A program made the translations under genes and the position numbers. From NCBI RefSeq assembly GCF_030384885.1, contig NZ_CP128613.1: 64,000 bases of DNA. The stretch is one strand, 5' to 3'. Numbering within the stretch: the stretch's first letter is position 1; each line of letters begins with the position of its first letter. Source of the DNA: Escherichia coli (lineage in GTDB: Bacteria > Pseudomonadota > Gammaproteobacteria > Enterobacterales > Enterobacteriaceae). Shown here piece by piece: positions 1-11,583 of the stretch. The notes below the pieces were generated by a model. The model searched no databases. It had not been told where the DNA came from and was given only the letters and a program-made list of their open reading frames with translations.

Positions 1-2
1 TG

Positions 3-221
3 CGTTATCGCGATAAAGAAGGCAAAATCCATGCTGATTACAACGCGTTCTGGGAGTCGGTTGGCGGCGTATGTGATGCTGAACGCCATTACCGCCTTCC
101 GGCACAGATAGCACGAAAAGAGATTGCCGAAATCGCCAGTAAAAAACGGGCTGAATATCGTCGGCGCTATGAGATGCTCGACGCTATTCAGCCACAAATG
201 GCCACGATGTTTCGCGGTTAA
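3..221 (+). CDS. ybjX: C-terminal fragment of a protein running in from upstream of the window (likely VirK/DUF535-family YbjX); convergent with ybjD
   Basis: Open frame from window edge to TAA at 219-221; assignment rests on synteny next to ybjD, the protein itself was not recognised. Confidence 0.4.
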   Translation, partial: RYRDKEGKIHADYNAFWESVGGVCDAERHYRLPAQIARKEIAEIASKKRAEYRRRYEMLDAIQPQMATMFRG

Positions 222-1876
222 TCCGCGCGACCGCGCGCCAGCCACAGCACGCGTGAGAACATTTTTTTCAGCAGCGTCGGTACGGAATCCACACCACGAC
301 GGCCGGCCTCCATTGCCACTTCAATGGCAAGATCGGGTTTGGAAGAGCGATGGATCGCTTTCGAGATAATTTTGCGCAAATTCATCGGCACATTTTCCGG
401 GATCTGCGCCACGCGGTGGAACACATCAGAAAATCCCTGGCGATACATAAAATGTTCCATATCCAGCGCCGGTAACGCCGTTAAATGTTCTCGTTCGGCT
501 TCCCGATCGTTATTCAACAGGCTGCGTACCGTAGCGGCATACTTCTTCCCGGCTTCATCGCCATCGACCAGCACATGCCATTCAATCCCCATTCGACGGG
601 CGAATTTAACCAGTGGCTTTAGCCCGGACTGGGCAAACTCAATGACCTTGATCCCTTCGGCATCAAAATGATGTCCACACTGACGCGCCAGTTCATTGAT
701 AACCCAGGTTTCCGTTTCGCCTTCCACCAGCAGCCAGCAGCGAGCAAACAGCGATGACGGACGGTTAAAACGAATGTGGAAAGAGATACGTCGGCTGTCT
801 TCGGTACTCAAGCCACTCGGACCCAGACGCCAGGCTGCAACGCGAGAGGACTCACGTACCAGACGGCAAACATGCTCTACCGGCGTTAACGAAAGCAACT
901 CACCCGAGTTGGTGGTGGCAATGCGCTGCAATGGCAGAAGATTCAACAGATGCCAGGCAACTGAAAGCATAATGGGGTGTAAACGGGTTTCTGGATCTTC
1001 GATCAGCAACAATGGACGGGCGTCTTTATCCAGTCGCAATGTGCCTTTTGCCTGCAATAAAGTAGCAAACAGGCCGAGCAAAATAACCCGATACGAGCGC
1101 CCTCCAGGCCGGTCAATCATCCGGTTGATGATATCCAGATAGCGCCAGCTTCGTTGCTCATTACTGGCTCGCCGCCGCATTAAACGATATCGCGCCTGTC
1201 CGGCCCCCTGCTCAGAGAAATAATGCTCAAGCAGCTGCACCATTGCGGAAAGTCCCTGACGAATCTGTCCATCAGAGAGATTTTGCGGATGTGAGGATAA
1301 TTCACGGGCGAGGAAATCGAGCTGGCGCGCGGTGACTTCCACATTAGGGACATTTGGCACCGTGCCGTTACGAATACGGCGCATAAAACGGGCATCACGC
1401 AAGCGCAACACCGGCATTAAACGCACCAGATGGCGTGCCTGATCGTTAATATCCTCGACATCAATCGGATGTCCGTCTTTATCGAGAAAACTGCGGAGTG
1501 TCATCACACTGCCATCTTCCGCACTCTCCCCTTCCAGGCGATAAAAAATTCGATGATAACCATCGGTGCATGGCGTCCAGCATGCTTCCAACGGTCGATA
1601 GCGGCGTACCCGATGACGGCCTGGCAGCGATTCGCGGAAGGTCAAAATAATATGCAGATGATGTTCCCGCCCGTTGATATCTCCCGGCGGAAACCAGAAA
1701 TCGTCGCGCTCAAAATGGTAGAGATCTGATTCTGGCGATAGCAGCAGGGTTAAGGCGTCCAGCAAGCTGGATTTACCCCACGCGTTCTCCCCAATCAGGA
1801 CGTTGTTTTGTTCCAGCATCAACGATAAACGGTTGATACCGCGAAAACCCACAATTTCAACGCGCTCAAGAATCAT
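218..1876 (-). CDS. ybjD: OLD-family ATPase/nuclease-like protein YbjD (552 aa)
   Basis: ORF translation begins MILERVEIVGFRGINRL with Walker A GENAWGKSS; length matches YbjD. Confidence 0.9.
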   Translation of the reverse strand: MILERVEIVGFRGINRLSLMLEQNNVLIGENAWGKSSLLDALTLLLSPESDLYHFERDDFWFPPGDINGREHHLHIILTFRESLPGRHRVRRYRPLEACWTPCTDGYHRIFYRLEGESAEDGSVMTLRSFLDKDGHPIDVEDINDQARHLVRLMPVLRLRDARFMRRIRNGTVPNVPNVEVTARQLDFLARELSSHPQNLSDGQIRQGLSAMVQLLEHYFSEQGAGQARYRLMRRRASNEQRSWRYLDIINRMIDRPGGRSYRVILLGLFATLLQAKGTLRLDKDARPLLLIEDPETRLHPIMLSVAWHLLNLLPLQRIATTNSGELLSLTPVEHVCRLVRESSRVAAWRLGPSGLSTEDSRRISFHIRFNRPSSLFARCWLLVEGETETWVINELARQCGHHFDAEGIKVIEFAQSGLKPLVKFARRMGIEWHVLVDGDEAGKKYAATVRSLLNNDREAEREHLTALPALDMEHFMYRQGFSDVFHRVAQIPENVPMNLRKIISKAIHRSSKPDLAIEVAMEAGRRGVDSVPTLLKKMFSRVLWLARGRAD

Positions 1877-2301
1877 ATCCCCTCCAGAAATATGTGACTT
1901 ATCCTTTACGCTGGCAGTATAACGGGAAAGGCCTTGCTAATACGTGATGACATCACATTTAAGCATGGCAAATGTCTGAAAAATGAGCGAATAATCGCGT
2001 TATACTCCCTCTTGCTGATAAGTCTGCAAAAACAACAAAATCAAATAATTAGCATGATAAATTATTTTTTATTACGCCTAAAGGATTAAATCTTTTGCTT
2101 GCACTACACTGTCAATCAGACAAATGACTATATGGGGCAACCCGCTGTTGCCCTAAATCAAATTTACTGGATTTATTTATCTGGTGAATGACTCGCCTTC
2201 GTTTTTAAAATAGCCGCGCATTATTTCCGTCGTCACTTTTTTACGACGACCCTATAAAACGACCATATTTTTCACAGGGTCAATTTTTAATTGAGGTGGA
2301 T

Positions 2302-2997
2302 ATGTTCAGAAAATTAGCAGCTGAATGTTTTGGTACTTTCTGGCTTGTTTTTGGTGGCTGTGGTAGTGCCGTACTGGCCGCAGGCTTCCCGGAATTAGGT
2401 ATTGGTTTTACCGGCGTGGCGCTGGCATTCGGTTTAACCGTTCTGACGATGGCCTTCGCTGTTGGTCATATTTCTGGTGGTCATTTTAACCCGGCGGTCA
2501 CTATTGGCTTATGGGCTGGCGGACGTTTTCCGGCAAAAGAAGTCGTTGGCTACGTAATTGCCCAGGTTGTCGGCGGTATTGTTGCAGCGGCGCTGCTGTA
2601 TTTAATTGCCAGTGGTAAAACGGGATTTGACGCGGTAGCCAGCGGTTTTGCTTCTAACGGTTATGGCGAGCATTCACCAGGCGGTTATTCCATGCTTTCC
2701 GCGCTGGTAGTTGAACTGGTATTGAGTGCAGGTTTCTTGCTGGTGATCCACGGCGCAACCGACAAATTCGCTCCGGCGGGTTTTGCACCAATTGCCATTG
2801 GTCTGGCATTAACGCTGATTCACTTAATCAGTATTCCGGTGACTAACACTTCCGTTAACCCGGCGCGCAGTACTGCGGTTGCCATCTTCCAGGGCGGCTG
2901 GGCGTTAGAACAACTGTGGTTCTTCTGGGTGGTGCCAATTGTCGGCGGCATTATCGGTGGTCTGATTTACCGGACTCTGCTGGAAAAACGTAATTAA
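2302..2997 (+). CDS. aqpZ: Aquaporin Z (231 aa)
   Basis: Translation [22 protein letters not shown]; ATG at 2302 preceded by GAGGTGGA RBS; the ORF-track GTG start at 2296 is rejected. Confidence 0.95.
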   Translation: MFRKLAAECFGTFWLVFGGCGSAVLAAGFPELGIGFTGVALAFGLTVLTMAFAVGHISGGHFNPAVTIGLWAGGRFPAKEVVGYVIAQVVGGIVAAALLYLIASGKTGFDAVASGFASNGYGEHSPGGYSMLSALVVELVLSAGFLLVIHGATDKFAPAGFAPIAIGLALTLIHLISIPVTNTSVNPARSTAVAIFQGGWALEQLWFFWVVPIVGGIIGGLIYRTLLEKRN

Positions 2998-3007
2998 TTA
3001 ACGCAGA

Positions 3008-3035
3008 AGGCCTGGCGCAATGTCAGGCCTTTTTT
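3008..3035 (+). terminator. Rho-independent terminator of aqpZ
   Basis: Stem AGGCCTG / CAGGCCT around a 9-nt loop, followed by TTTTT. Confidence 0.7.
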
Positions 3036-3089
3036 AAATATATTGATTCATCTTCCTGTTGCGCTCCTTGATGTGTTAAGCCACATATA

Positions 3090-3330
3090 GTCACTGGCGC
3101 AGGGAGCGCGCAGGGGGCGGCCAATCGCCGCCGCCCCCTGCACCCCCGGGCTCTGGCGAACAAAATCGCCGCTGCGCGGTGCCCTCGACTTATCCCTTGC
3201 GGCTACCGGGTCGGGCGCGAGGTAACATCCCGGTAAAACGCGCCCTCAGCCCACATCCATGTGGGCTGCCCCGGCCTTCAGGGAACACCTCGGCGATTTT
3301 GACGCCACCAACACCGGTGAGGTTTGTAAT
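3090..3330. repeat. GC-rich structured intergenic element with nested palindromes, class not recognised
   Basis: Perfect 12-bp inverted repeat GCAGGGGGCGGC...GCCGCCCCCTGC and a second palindrome CCCACATCCATGTGGG in a block far more GC-rich than flanking intergenic DNA. Confidence 0.4.
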
Positions 3331-3479
3331 TAAAGCGCAAGAATATCTTTAAATGAAAATGAATACCCTACCGATCCTTATGCATAACATTTCCTTTTAA
3401 TTGCAACTTTACTCGTCCTTCTGCTTTCAGTAGTGTGTCATCGCGCATTTCGAATCTTCTTTGCAAGGACTGGGTTTTC

Positions 3480-4379
3480 ATGTTTTCTGGGCTGTTAATC
3501 ATTCTGGTTCCCCTGATTGTGGGTTACCTCATTCCGCTTCGCCAAAAAGCTGCATTAAAGGTTATTAATCAGCTATTAAGCTGGATGGTTTACCTTATTC
3601 TCTTTTTTATGGGTATCAGTCTGGCGTTTCTCGATAACCTCGCCAGTAACCTGTTGGCGATTCTGCATTATTCCGCCGTCAGTATTACCGTTATTTTACT
3701 GTGTAATATTGCCGCCCTGATGTGGCTGGAGCGAGGCCTACCGTGGCGCAACCACCATCAGCAAGAAAAACTCCCGTCGCGTATTGCGATGGCGCTGGAG
3801 TCCCTCAAGCTCTGCGGTGTGGTGGTGATTGGCTTTGCTATTGGCCTTAGCGGATTAGGTTTCTTACAACACGCTACGGAAGCCAGCGAATACACGTTAA
3901 TTCTGCTACTTTTCCTCGTCGGTATTCAGTTGCGCAATAATGGCATGACCTTAAAGCAGATTGTCCTTAATCGCCGGGGAATGATTGTCGCCGTGGTGGT
4001 GGTTGCCAGTTCATTAATTGGTGGTTTAATTAACGCCTTTATTCTTGATCTTCCCATCAATACCGCGCTGGCAATGGCCTCCGGTTTCGGCTGGTATTCT
4101 CTTTCCGGTATTTTATTGACCGAATCTTTTGGTCCGGTAATCGGGAGCGCGGCGTTTTTTAATGATTTGGCCCGTGAGCTGATTGCTATTATGTTGATCC
4201 CTGGGCTGATTCGCCGTAGCCGCTCGACTGCACTGGGCTTATGCGGTGCGACGTCGATGGATTTCACCCTGCCCGTTCTTCAACGTACTGGCGGGCTGGA
4301 TATGGTCCCGGCGGCGATTGTTCACGGTTTTATTCTTAGCCTGTTAGTGCCGATCCTCATCGCCTTTTTCTCTGCATAA
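3480..4379 (+). CDS. lysO: L-lysine exporter LysO/YbjE (299 aa)
   Basis: Translation from internal ATG MFSGLLIILVPLIVGYLIPL; multi-pass membrane protein. Confidence 0.9.
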   Translation: MFSGLLIILVPLIVGYLIPLRQKAALKVINQLLSWMVYLILFFMGISLAFLDNLASNLLAILHYSAVSITVILLCNIAALMWLERGLPWRNHHQQEKLPSRIAMALESLKLCGVVVIGFAIGLSGLGFLQHATEASEYTLILLLFLVGIQLRNNGMTLKQIVLNRRGMIVAVVVVASSLIGGLINAFILDLPINTALAMASGFGWYSLSGILLTESFGPVIGSAAFFNDLARELIAIMLIPGLIRRSRSTALGLCGATSMDFTLPVLQRTGGLDMVPAAIVHGFILSLLVPILIAFFSA

Positions 4380-4412
4380 TACCTCTCTGGCGGTAGATCC
4401 CTGCCGCCAAAA

Positions 4413-4426
4413 TTGCGCTAAATCAA
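4413..4426 (+). promoter_or_regulatory. Candidate FNR box upstream of hcp
   Basis: TTGCG-CTAA-ATCAA matches the FNR consensus TTGAT-N4-ATCAA at 9/10 positions, about 100 bp upstream of the hcp ATG. Confidence 0.35.
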
Positions 4427-4522
4427 TCTCCCTTAAAGTTGCATGAAAAATCCCTTTTATCCCCGCGTTAAGCGTCTTAACCTTAAACATGTATATTAAA
4501 TATAACTTTAAAAGGTGTGATC

Positions 4523-6175
4523 ATGTTTTGTGTGCAATGTGAACAAACTATCCGTACTCCGGCAGGAAACGGCTGCTCATACGCGCAGGGGATGTGTGGT
4601 AAAACGGCGGAAACCTCTGACCTTCAGGATTTACTCATCGCGGCGCTGCAAGGGCTTTCGGCCTGGGCAGTAAAAGCGCGTGAATACGGCATCATCAACC
4701 ATGACGTTGACAGCTTCGCGCCGCGCGCATTTTTCTCAACCCTGACCAACGTTAATTTCGATTCTCCGCGTATTGTCGGCTACGCCCGTGAAGCAATTGC
4801 CCTGCGTGAGGCGCTGAAAGCACAGTGCCTGGCTGTAGATGCCAACGCCCGCGTCGATAACCCGATGGCTGACCTGCAACTGGTGAGTGACGATCTCGGC
4901 GAGCTGCAACGTCAGGCGGCGGAATTTACTCCCAATAAAGATAAAGCGGCGATTGGCGAAAACATTCTCGGCCTGCGTCTGCTCTGCCTGTATGGCCTGA
5001 AAGGTGCTGCCGCCTATATGGAACACGCGCACGTTCTCGGTCAATATGACAACGATATTTACGCCCAGTACCATAAAATCATGGCATGGCTGGGTACCTG
5101 GCCTGCCGATATGAACGCACTTCTCGAGTGCTCCATGGAAATCGGCCAGATGAACTTCAAAGTGATGAGCATTCTGGACGCAGGCGAAACCGGTAAATAC
5201 GGTCACCCGACGCCAACTCAGGTCAACGTCAAAGCGACGGCGGGTAAATGCATTCTGATTTCCGGTCACGATCTCAAAGATCTCTACAACTTGCTGGAAC
5301 AGACCGAAGGCACGGGCGTTAATGTCTACACTCACGGCGAAATGCTGCCTGCCCACGGCTACCCGGAGCTGCGTAAATTCAAGCATCTGGTCGGTAACTA
5401 CGGCAGCGGCTGGCAGAATCAGCAAGTAGAGTTCGCTCGCTTCCCTGGACCTATCGTGATGACCTCGAACTGCATCATCGACCCAACCGTAGGGGCTTAT
5501 GACGATCGTATCTGGACCCGCAGCATCGTTGGCTGGCCGGGTGTGCGTCATCTGGATGCTGATGATTTCTCAGCAGTTATTGCCCAGGCACAACAAATGG
5601 CGGGCTTCCCGTACAGCGAAATTCCGCACCTGATCACCGTGGGCTTTGGTCGTCAGACGCTGCTTGGCGCGGCGGATACGCTGATTGATCTGGTGAGCCG
5701 TGAAAAACTGCGTCATATCTTCCTGCTCGGTGGCTGTGACGGCGCACGCGGCGAGCGCCACTACTTCACCGATTTCGCCACCAGCGTGCCAGATGACTGC
5801 CTGATCCTGACTCTCGCCTGCGGTAAATATCGCTTTAACAAACTTGAGTTCGGCGATATCGAAGGTCTGCCGCGTCTGGTAGATGCTGGTCAATGTAACG
5901 ATGCTTACTCAGCGATTATTCTGGCTGTCACTTTGGCAGAAAAACTGGGCTGCGGTGTCAACGATCTGCCGTTGTCGCTGGTACTCTCCTGGTTCGAACA
6001 AAAAGCGATTGTTATTCTGCTGACGCTGCTTTCTTTGGGCGTGAAAAATATCGTTACCGGCCCGACTGCACCTGGCTTCCTGACGCCAGACCTGCTGGCG
6101 GTACTGAACGAGAAATTCGGCCTGCGTTCTATCACCACTGTTGAAGAAGACATGAAGCAACTGTTGAGCGCGTAA
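4523..6175 (+). CDS. hcp: Hybrid-cluster protein (hydroxylamine reductase / NO reductase), 550 aa
   Basis: Translation [28 protein letters not shown] with the N-terminal Cys cluster; ATG at 4523. Confidence 0.95.
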   Translation: MFCVQCEQTIRTPAGNGCSYAQGMCGKTAETSDLQDLLIAALQGLSAWAVKAREYGIINHDVDSFAPRAFFSTLTNVNFDSPRIVGYAREAIALREALKAQCLAVDANARVDNPMADLQLVSDDLGELQRQAAEFTPNKDKAAIGENILGLRLLCLYGLKGAAAYMEHAHVLGQYDNDIYAQYHKIMAWLGTWPADMNALLECSMEIGQMNFKVMSILDAGETGKYGHPTPTQVNVKATAGKCILISGHDLKDLYNLLEQTEGTGVNVYTHGEMLPAHGYPELRKFKHLVGNYGSGWQNQQVEFARFPGPIVMTSNCIIDPTVGAYDDRIWTRSIVGWPGVRHLDADDFSAVIAQAQQMAGFPYSEIPHLITVGFGRQTLLGAADTLIDLVSREKLRHIFLLGGCDGARGERHYFTDFATSVPDDCLILTLACGKYRFNKLEFGDIEGLPRLVDAGQCNDAYSAIILAVTLAEKLGCGVNDLPLSLVLSWFEQKAIVILLTLLSLGVKNIVTGPTAPGFLTPDLLAVLNEKFGLRSITTVEEDMKQLLSA

Positions 6176-6186
6176 GGAGTTTGTCG

Positions 6187-7155
6187 ATGACGATGCCAAC
6201 CAATCAATGCCCGTGGCGGATGCAGGTTCATCACATTACGCAAGAAACGCCGGATGTGTGGACGATTTCCCTGATTTGCCACGATTACTACCCGTATCGC
6301 GCCGGGCAATATGCGCTGGTCAGCGTGCGTAACTCAGCGGAAACGCTGCGTGCTTACACCATTTCCTCCACGCCAGGCGTGAGTGAATACATCACTCTGA
6401 CCGTGCGGCGGATTGATGACGGTGTCGGTTCCCAGTGGCTGACCCGCGATGTAAAACGCGGTGACTACCTCTGGCTTTCGGACGCGATGGGGGAATTTAC
6501 CTGCGACGATAAAGCAGAAGATAAATTCCTGTTGCTGGCGGCCGGCTGCGGTGTCACACCGATTATGTCGATGCGTCGCTGGCTGGCGAAAAATCGCCCG
6601 CAGGCTGATGTGCAGGTGATCTACAACGTGCGTACGCCGCAGGATGTTATTTTCGCCGATGAATGGCGTGACTATCCGGTGACACTGGTGGCGGAAAATA
6701 ACGTTACCGAGGGTTTCGTTGCCGGACGTCTGACACGTGAACTGCTGACAAGCGTTCCTGATTTAGCCTCTCGTACTGTGATGACCTGTGGCCCGGCTCC
6801 GTATATGGATTGGGTAGAGCAGGAAGTGAAAGCGCTCGGCGTGACGCGTTTCTTTAAAGAGAAGTTCTTTACGCCAGTGGCGGAAGCAGCAACCAGCGGT
6901 CTGAAATTCACCAAACTGCAACCGGCGCAAGAATTTTACGCACCTGTTGGCACCACACTGCTGGAGGCTTTGGAAAGCAACAAAGTTCCGGTTGTCGCCG
7001 CCTGCCGTGCAGGTGTTTGCGGCTGCTGTAAGACGAAAGTAGTTTCCGGTGAATATACGGTGAGCAGCACGATGACGCTGACCGACGCCGAAATCGCAGA
7101 AGGTTATGTACTGGCCTGCTCCTGCCATCCGCAGGGGGATTTGGTTCTCGCATAA
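6187..7155 (+). CDS. hcr: NADH oxidoreductase for Hcp (322 aa)
   Basis: Translation MTMPTNQCPWRMQVHH...; C-terminal 2Fe-2S ferredoxin motif CRAGVCGCCKT; immediately downstream of hcp. Confidence 0.95.
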   Translation: MTMPTNQCPWRMQVHHITQETPDVWTISLICHDYYPYRAGQYALVSVRNSAETLRAYTISSTPGVSEYITLTVRRIDDGVGSQWLTRDVKRGDYLWLSDAMGEFTCDDKAEDKFLLLAAGCGVTPIMSMRRWLAKNRPQADVQVIYNVRTPQDVIFADEWRDYPVTLVAENNVTEGFVAGRLTRELLTSVPDLASRTVMTCGPAPYMDWVEQEVKALGVTRFFKEKFFTPVAEAATSGLKFTKLQPAQEFYAPVGTTLLEALESNKVPVVAACRAGVCGCCKTKVVSGEYTVSSTMTLTDAEIAEGYVLACSCHPQGDLVLA

Positions 7156-7164
7156 TCGTATTAT

Positions 7165-7190
7165 GCCCGATGATATACCTGTCATCGGGC
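7165..7190 (+). terminator. Hairpin downstream of hcr, possible hcp-hcr terminator
   Basis: Stem GCCCGATGA / TCATCGGGC; weak T tract after the stem. Confidence 0.35.
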
Positions 7191-7287
7191 AGTTTAACCG
7201 TTAGTGCCTCATTTTTCTCCCATCTCTTCCCCCTCCGTCAGATGAACTAAACTTGTTACCGTTATCACATTCAGGAGATGGAGAACC

Positions 7288-9006
7288 ATGAAACAAACGG
7301 TTGCAGCTTATATCGCCAAAACACTCGAATCAGCAGGGGTAAAACGCATTTGGGGAGTCACGGGCGACTCTCTGAACGGTCTTAGCGACAGTCTTAATCG
7401 CATGGGCACCATAGAGTGGATGTCCACCCGTCATGAAGAAGTGGCGGCCTTTGCCGCTGGCGCTGAAGCCCAACTTAGCGGGGAACTGGCGGTCTGCGCC
7501 GGATCATGCGGACCTGGCAACCTGCACTTAATCAACGGTTTGTTCGATTGTCACCGTAATCACGTTCCGGTACTGGCAATTGCCGCTCATATCCCTTCCA
7601 GCGAAATTGGCAGCGGCTATTTCCAGGAAACCCACCCGCAAGAGTTATTCCGTGAATGTAGCCATTATTGCGAGCTGGTTTCCAGCCCGGAGCAGATCCC
7701 ACAAGTGCTGGCGATTGCTATGCGTAAAGCGGTGCTAAACCGTGGCGTTTCGGTTGTCGTTTTACCGGGCGACGTGGCGCTAAAACCTGCACCGGAAGGG
7801 GCAACTACCCACTGGTATCACGCCCCCTTACCCGTTGTCACACCTGAAGAAGAAGAGTTACGCAAACTGGCGCAACTGCTGCGTTACTCAAGCAATATCG
7901 CCCTGATGTGCGGTAGCGGCTGCGCGGGGGCGCATAAAGAGCTCGTCGAGTTTGCCGGAAAAATTAAAGCGCCAATTGTTCATGCCCTGCGCGGTAAAGA
8001 ACATGTCGAATACGATAATCCGTATGATGTCGGAATGACGGGATTAATCGGCTTCTCGTCAGGTTTTCATACCATGATGAACGCCGACACGTTAGTGCTG
8101 CTCGGCACCCAATTCCCCTACCGTGCGTTCTACCCGACCGATGTCAAAATTATTCAGATTGATATCAACCCGGCCAGCATCGGCGCGCACAGTAAGGTGG
8201 ATATGGCACTGGTCGGTGATATCAAATCGACTCTGCGTGCATTGCTGCCTTTAGTGGAAGAAAAAACCGATCGAAAATTTCTGGATAAAGCGCTGGAAGA
8301 TTACCGCGATGCCCGCAAAGGGCTGGACGATTTAGCTAAACCGAGTGAGAAAGCCATTCACCCGCAATATCTGGCGCAGCAAATTAGCCATTTTGCTGCC
8401 GATGACGCCATTTTCACCTGTGATGTCGGCACACCAACGGTATGGGCGGCGCGTTATCTGAAAATGAACGGCAAGCGCCGCCTGTTAGGTTCGTTTAACC
8501 ACGGTTCAATGGCCAACGCCATGCCGCAGGCGCTGGGTGCTCAGGCGACAGAGCCAGAACGTCAGGTGGTCGCCATGTGCGGTGATGGTGGTTTCAGTAT
8601 GTTGATGGGCGATTTTCTCTCAGTGGTACAAATGAAGCTGCCAGTGAAAATTATCGTCTTTAACAACAGCGTGCTGGGCTTTGTAGCGATGGAGATGAAA
8701 GCCGGAGGCTACCTGACAGACGGCACCGAACTGCACGACACCAACTTTGCCCGTATCGCTGAAGCGTGCGGTATTACGGGCATCCGCGTAGAAAAAGCCG
8801 CTGAAGTCGATGAAGCCTTGCAACGCGCCTTTTCCATCGACGGCCCGGTGCTGGTGGATGTGGTAGTCGCGAAAGAAGAGTTAGCCATTCCGCCGCAGAT
8901 CAAACTCGAACAGGCCAAAGGATTTAGCCTGTATATGTTGCGCGCAATCATCAGCGGACGCGGTGACGAAGTGATCGAACTGGCGAAAACGAACTGGCTA
9001 AGGTAA
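7288..9006 (+). CDS. poxB: Pyruvate oxidase (ubiquinone), 572 aa
   Basis: Translation [32 protein letters not shown]; thiamine-diphosphate enzyme. Confidence 0.95.
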   Translation: MKQTVAAYIAKTLESAGVKRIWGVTGDSLNGLSDSLNRMGTIEWMSTRHEEVAAFAAGAEAQLSGELAVCAGSCGPGNLHLINGLFDCHRNHVPVLAIAAHIPSSEIGSGYFQETHPQELFRECSHYCELVSSPEQIPQVLAIAMRKAVLNRGVSVVVLPGDVALKPAPEGATTHWYHAPLPVVTPEEEELRKLAQLLRYSSNIALMCGSGCAGAHKELVEFAGKIKAPIVHALRGKEHVEYDNPYDVGMTGLIGFSSGFHTMMNADTLVLLGTQFPYRAFYPTDVKIIQIDINPASIGAHSKVDMALVGDIKSTLRALLPLVEEKTDRKFLDKALEDYRDARKGLDDLAKPSEKAIHPQYLAQQISHFAADDAIFTCDVGTPTVWAARYLKMNGKRRLLGSFNHGSMANAMPQALGAQATEPERQVVAMCGDGGFSMLMGDFLSVVQMKLPVKIIVFNNSVLGFVAMEMKAGGYLTDGTELHDTNFARIAEACGITGIRVEKAAEVDEALQRAFSIDGPVLVDVVVAKEELAIPPQIKLEQAKGFSLYMLRAIISGRGDEVIELAKTNWLR

Positions 9007-9042
9007 AAAGGGTGGCATTTCCCGTCATAATAAGGACATGCC

Positions 9043-10044
9043 ATGATTGATTTACGCAGTGATACCGTTACCCGACCGAGCCGCGCCATGCTCGAAGCAA
9101 TGATGGCCGCCCCGGTTGGGGACGACGTTTACGGAGACGACCCTACCGTTAATGCTCTGCAGGACTATGCGGCTGAGCTTTCCGGTAAAGAAGCCGCCAT
9201 TTTTCTGCCTACCGGCACCCAGGCTAACCTGGTCGCGCTGCTCAGTCACTGCGAACGCGGCGAAGAGTATATTGTCGGTCAGGCCGCGCATAACTATCTG
9301 TTTGAAGCCGGTGGCGCAGCGGTGCTGGGCAGTATTCAGCCGCAACCCATCGATGCTGACGCCGACGGTACGCTACCGCTGGATAAAGTGGCGATGAAAA
9401 TCAAACCCGACGATATCCATTTCGCCCGCACCAAATTACTCAGTCTGGAAAACACCCACAATGGAAAAGTGCTGCCGCGGGAATACCTGAAAGAAGCATG
9501 GGAATTTACTCGCGAGCGCAATCTGGCACTGCATGTTGACGGTGCGCGTATCTTTAATGCCGTGGTGGCTTACGGCTGCGAACTGAAAGAGATCACGCAA
9601 TATTGTGATTCGTTCACCATTTGTCTGTCGAAAGGTCTTGGTACGCCAGTCGGTTCATTACTGGTCGGCAATCGTGATTACATTAAACGCGCCATCCGCT
9701 GGCGGAAAATGACTGGCGGCGGGATGCGTCAATCCGGCATTCTGGCTGCCGCAGGGATGTATGCGCTGAAAAATAACGTCGCACGCTTGCAGGAAGACCA
9801 CGACAACGCAGCCTGGATGGCGGAGCAGTTGCGTGAAGCAGGCGCGGATGTGATGCGTCAGGACACCAATATGCTGTTTGTTCGCGTCGGACAAGAAAAT
9901 GCTGCCGCGTTAGGCGAATACATGAAAGCGAGAAACGTACTGATTAACGCCTCGCCGATTGTCCGCCTGGTAACCCATCTTGATGTCTCGCGTGAACAAC
10001 TGGCAGAAGTCGCAGCCCACTGGCGCGCTTTCCTGGCGCGTTAA
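9043..10044 (+). CDS. ltaE: Low-specificity L-threonine aldolase (333 aa)
   Basis: Translation [33 protein letters not shown]. Confidence 0.95.
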   Translation: MIDLRSDTVTRPSRAMLEAMMAAPVGDDVYGDDPTVNALQDYAAELSGKEAAIFLPTGTQANLVALLSHCERGEEYIVGQAAHNYLFEAGGAAVLGSIQPQPIDADADGTLPLDKVAMKIKPDDIHFARTKLLSLENTHNGKVLPREYLKEAWEFTRERNLALHVDGARIFNAVVAYGCELKEITQYCDSFTICLSKGLGTPVGSLLVGNRDYIKRAIRWRKMTGGGMRQSGILAAAGMYALKNNVARLQEDHDNAAWMAEQLREAGADVMRQDTNMLFVRVGQENAAALGEYMKARNVLINASPIVRLVTHLDVSREQLAEVAAHWRAFLAR

Positions 10045-10054
10045 GGAGCGAAAC

Positions 10055-11485
10055 GTGCCGCAACGCATTTTAGTTCTCGGTGCCAGTGGCTACATTGGTC
10101 AGCATCTGGTGCACGCGCTTAGCCAACAAGGGCATCAGACCCTGGCGGCGGCACGTCACGTCGACAGGCTTGAAAAGCTGCAACTGGCAAACGTCAGTTG
10201 TCATAAAGTCGATCTCAGCTGGCCGGATAACCTTCCGGCCCTGTTGCAGAATATCGATACCGTCTATTTTCTGGTGCACAGCATGGGCGAAGGCGGTGAT
10301 TTTATCGCTCAGGAACGCCAGGTAGCTCTTAACGTCCGCGATGCGCTGCGCGAAGCACCGGTTAAACAATTAATCTTTCTCAGTTCATTGCAGGCCCCGC
10401 CTCACGAGCAGTCGGACCATCTGCGCGCCCGTCAGGCTACGGCGGATATTCTTCGTGAAGCGGGTGTCCCGGTGACCGAATTGCGCGCCGGAATTATCGT
10501 TGGTGCAGGTTCAGCAGCGTTCGAAGTCATGCGCGATATGGTCTACAACCTGCCAGTGTTAACACCGCCACGCTGGGTTCGTTCACGCACCACGCCCATC
10601 GCGCTGGAAAACTTGCTGCACTATCTGGTGGCGCTGTTAGATCATCCGGCCAGCAAACACCGCATCTTCGAAGCCGCCGGACCAGAGGTGCTCAGTTATC
10701 AGCAACAGTTTGAACATTTTATGGCGGTGAGCGGTAAGCGCCGCTGGTTAATCCCCATCCCCTTTCCCACCCGCTGGATTTCGGTGTGGTTTCTTAATGT
10801 GATTACCTCCGTACCGCCCACCACCGCCAAAGCGTTGATTCAGGGGCTGAAACATGATCTGCTGGCGGATGACACCGCGCTACGTGCACTCATCCCACAA
10901 CGGCTGATCGCTTTCGATGACGCGGTACGTCGCACGTTGAAAGAAGAAGAAAAGCTGGTCAACTCCAGCGACTGGGGATACGACGCTCAGGCCTTTGCCC
11001 GCTGGCGACCGGAGTACGGTTATTTCGCCAAACAGGCGGGGTTTACCGTTAAAACGTCCGCCAGCCTTGCGGCTTTATGGCAGGTGGTGAATCAAATCGG
11101 CGGTAAAGAGCGTTATTTCTTTGGCAATATTTTGTGGCAAACCCGGGCGTTGATGGACCGCGCGATCGGTCATAAGCTGGCGAAAGGCCGCCCGGAGCGT
11201 GAATATTTGCAGACCGGAGATGCGGTGGATAGCTGGAAAGTGATTGTCGTTGAACCGGAAAAACAACTTACGCTGTTATTTGGCATGAAAGCGCCGGGGC
11301 TGGGACGACTGTGTTTTACCCTGGAAGATAAAGGTGACTATCGTACTATCGATGTTCGCGCATTCTGGCATCCGCACGGTATGCCGGGGCTGTTTTACTG
11401 GTTACTGATGATCCCCGCGCATCTGTTTATTTTTCGCGGAATGGCAAAACGAATCGCCAGACTGGCAGAACAAAGCACAGATTAA
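10055..11485 (+). CDS. ybjT: Putative NAD(P)-binding oxidoreductase YbjT (476 aa), GTG start
   Basis: AAGGAG RBS at 10043-10048 then GTG at 10055; translation (M)[18 protein letters not shown] with Rossmann GxxGxxG. Confidence 0.85.
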   Translation: MPQRILVLGASGYIGQHLVHALSQQGHQTLAAARHVDRLEKLQLANVSCHKVDLSWPDNLPALLQNIDTVYFLVHSMGEGGDFIAQERQVALNVRDALREAPVKQLIFLSSLQAPPHEQSDHLRARQATADILREAGVPVTELRAGIIVGAGSAAFEVMRDMVYNLPVLTPPRWVRSRTTPIALENLLHYLVALLDHPASKHRIFEAAGPEVLSYQQQFEHFMAVSGKRRWLIPIPFPTRWISVWFLNVITSVPPTTAKALIQGLKHDLLADDTALRALIPQRLIAFDDAVRRTLKEEEKLVNSSDWGYDAQAFARWRPEYGYFAKQAGFTVKTSASLAALWQVVNQIGGKERYFFGNILWQTRALMDRAIGHKLAKGRPEREYLQTGDAVDSWKVIVVEPEKQLTLLFGMKAPGLGRLCFTLEDKGDYRTIDVRAFWHPHGMPGLFYWLLMIPAHLFIFRGMAKRIARLAEQSTD

Positions 11486-11583
11486 TCGACAAAACCTGCG
11501 TTATTCTTTCATGTTTCCCATTGCATCAAGGGGGAAATCACGGAAGAATGCGCACGTCATTTTCTCAACAACAGTGGATTGAT

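Noticed and set aside
696-1142. 148-aa plus-strand ORF inside ybjD
   Set aside because: Antisense to ybjD; Arg/Ser-rich translation typical of an out-of-frame reading.
3090-3330. Possible CRISPR array suggested by GC-rich palindromes
   Set aside because: There is no regular repeat-spacer periodicity, no repeated unit of 28-37 bp and no cas genes nearby. It is described instead as a structured intergenic repeat.
4736-5551. 271-aa minus-strand ORF inside hcp
   Set aside because: Antisense shadow ORF of hcp with no RBS and no recognisable domains.
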